IMG/VR virus record: IMGVR_UViG_3300048837_000984 | Span: 129,695 to 193,694 of that record | Direction: 5' to 3' (one strand) | Length of the DNA stretch: 64,000 bases | Source of the DNA: a virus | Shown here: positions 62,236 through 64,000 of the stretch, piece after piece | How positions within the stretch are numbered: position 1 is the stretch's first letter | How the letters are laid out: every line of letters begins with the position of its first letter | Program-made: the position numbers and the translations under genes | Notes under the pieces: model-generated | Seen by the model: only the letters and a program-made list of their open reading frames with translations | What the model was told of the DNA's origin: nothing | Databases searched by the model: none

Positions 62236-63992
62236 AACGCCTCCTCGACCTCCTGTTCTTCGCCGAATACTCCGTTGTCTGCCGGTATAAACTCAGCGAA
62301 CGGTAGAAGCGGTGCTCCGGCCCAGGGGTAAGTCCAGAGTGGGTGGTCGGCAATCGACGTACTGTCGAGCTGGTTCTCTAGCTCGTTTCTCACATGCGAT
62401 ATCATCATGCTTGTACCGGCGTGGTTACTCTCAGCATCGAAGGTCGTTGTTAAGCGAATAACCGACCCATAGACTGGAGCAACAGACGCCAGGAATCCAA
62501 GCGAGTTCGCAACGAACTTCTCTTCCGACAATATAACCTGAACAGTCGAGCCGGGTGCGATATCGAATCGCGGCCGACCGGTCACAGTGCAGGTCCTTGT
62601 TTGAAGTATCTCGTTGATGTACATCACCCGAGCGAAACCATCGAGCATGTTCTTGGCTCGGGCCTGCTCGACCTCAACGCTCGACATCGTTGGAGCCGGA
62701 CCAGATCCAGGAAACATCGCACTGCCACCAGGACCGAATGGGTTTGCGGATTGCACACCGGTCAGGGAATTGGCCATAACCCGGGACAACCATGGCGGTC
62801 CGCTTTTGAACTGTATGACTCCAGTCGGAAAGTCGGGGTTCTCGTAGTAACCACCCAGAGACGGCGGGGCCATGTTGACCGGAGCAAAGGCTCCGGCACC
62901 TGAAGCGATGCCTGTAAACAGACCCATACCTCGTAACGGCCTAGAAGTAGCGTCGTTGATAGTTATCGTGTCGTAGTCTTCAGCATAAACTGTCTGCCAG
63001 AAAGACCTTAAACCCGGGATGAACGGGACAACCAGGGCTCTGTCAATCATTGGCACTACGGAGAACAAGAAACTTCCGGAGAACTCGTAAGTTAGCTTAT
63101 CCCACATAGTCACACTACTGGAAGCATCGAACGTCTCGTTGCTTATATCTTCCGTGATTGCGCGGCTGATCGCTCCGGCGTTGGCGGCATCGTCGAGACG
63201 CAGTTTCAGAGGAACACCGAAGTTGTATTCGTCTTCGAACAGCGGCTCAAATCGAGAAAGAGCCCCACGAGCCTCGGAGTTGGTTCTCTGGCCTGGTTGA
63301 ATGCCGAGCTCTTGAACCGCAAGCATATCTTGTTCAGTTAGCTTCCGCAGAAAGCCCAGGATCCCTTGCTCCGCGTTGATGCCAGCCCACATGTCTGTTT
63401 CCAGGATGGTGGGAGAAAACGCGCCAGCTCCCATGGCAGAAGACACCAAAGCAGTGGCGCCAAGTTGTTGCGCACCTGCACCAAGGATAAGTCCAGCTGG
63501 GTTGTAATAGTGAGCTGGGTTGGTGACATGGCTCGACTGGGACAGCGCCGACGAGAAGTTCAATGCCCCGAGCCAGTGCTGAACCGTTACAACGAACCCA
63601 GCCCCACCAGCCTGGAAGGAACTTTGCTTTTGAAAGCCTTGATTGGTAAGGAGGCCCTCGAAGATGACAAACGGGCCAGCGGGCCAGCTCACCAGGGGAC
63701 GCCCAACCGAAGTAGAGAATTCGATCGCCTCCAACCAGACCTGAATCGGCACACCGCTTCGCAAGCTGCCAATAATGTGGTGGAAGCTTGCAACCGTACC
63801 TGTTGTGGCTTCACGCCCGATAGCCAGCTTCAAGTTGCAGGTAGGTATCTCGTTCAACCCAAACGATATCTCAGCTGCAGACACATCGATACCGACCGGC
63901 AAAAAACTAACCACACCGTTTTCGTAGACGGTCGGGTAGTAGAGGACAGCCCACAGCTTGAACTTGGTAAAGTTCCAGTTGAAAACAGCCAT
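62232..63992 (-). CDS. Probable baseplate hub/tail structural protein
   Basis: 586 aa; C-terminal TCTVTGRPRFDIAPGSTVQV resembles hub/late-control-D ends; position in the tail module. Confidence 0.55.
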   Translation of the reverse strand: MAVFNWNFTKFKLWAVLYYPTVYENGVVSFLPVGIDVSAAEISFGLNEIPTCNLKLAIGREATTGTVASFHHIIGSLRSGVPIQVWLEAIEFSTSVGRPLVSWPAGPFVIFEGLLTNQGFQKQSSFQAGGAGFVVTVQHWLGALNFSSALSQSSHVTNPAHYYNPAGLILGAGAQQLGATALVSSAMGAGAFSPTILETDMWAGINAEQGILGFLRKLTEQDMLAVQELGIQPGQRTNSEARGALSRFEPLFEDEYNFGVPLKLRLDDAANAGAISRAITEDISNETFDASSSVTMWDKLTYEFSGSFLFSVVPMIDRALVVPFIPGLRSFWQTVYAEDYDTITINDATSRPLRGMGLFTGIASGAGAFAPVNMAPPSLGGYYENPDFPTGVIQFKSGPPWLSRVMANSLTGVQSANPFGPGGSAMFPGSGPAPTMSSVEVEQARAKNMLDGFARVMYINEILQTRTCTVTGRPRFDIAPGSTVQVILSEEKFVANSLGFLASVAPVYGSVIRLTTTFDAESNHAGTSMMISHVRNELENQLDSTSIADHPLWTYPWAGAPLLPFAEFIPADNGVFGEEQEVEEAL

Positions 63993-64000
63993 TACGTCCT

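Noticed and set aside
1-64000. tRNA genes, diversity-generating retroelement, stop-codon reassignment
   Set aside because: No T-loop/CCA cloverleaf was found by eye, there is no reverse transcriptase or TR/VR pair, and long genes are intact in code 11.

Overview
This window is a 64-kb segment of a large tailed dsDNA (myovirus-like) phage genome. Almost all genes are on the minus strand in the standard genetic code; only the terminase and one head-region gene are on the plus strand. From the left end it carries: (1) a thyA fragment missed by the ORF track and a replication/recombination block (RecA-like protein, putative SSB, UDG-fused family A polymerase with 2 inteins, primase, DnaB-like helicase, SF2 helicase, SbcC/SbcD); (2) a Rep_1-like gene beside an AT-rich non-coding region with iteron-like repeats and an 18-bp perfect palindrome; (3) nucleotide-metabolism genes (Nudix, dcd, gp88-like, class II RNR with 2 inteins, RNase H, GNAT); (4) the terminase, an apparently inactive primase-like protein and an AAA/DUF3150/ParB/DUF1257/DUF2997 module; (5) tail fibre and baseplate genes, a possible non-canonical lysis cassette and a sigma-70 factor. 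The most striking element is an ~800-nt ORF-free interval (48700-49492). It folds into many consecutive helices whose GNRA loops and G-U wobbles mostly favour the minus strand, and it contains an H-type pseudoknot, so it is a candidate large structured phage ncRNA. Weak hints point to a Planctomycetota host. All family assignments come from motif recognition by eye; no database searches were run.
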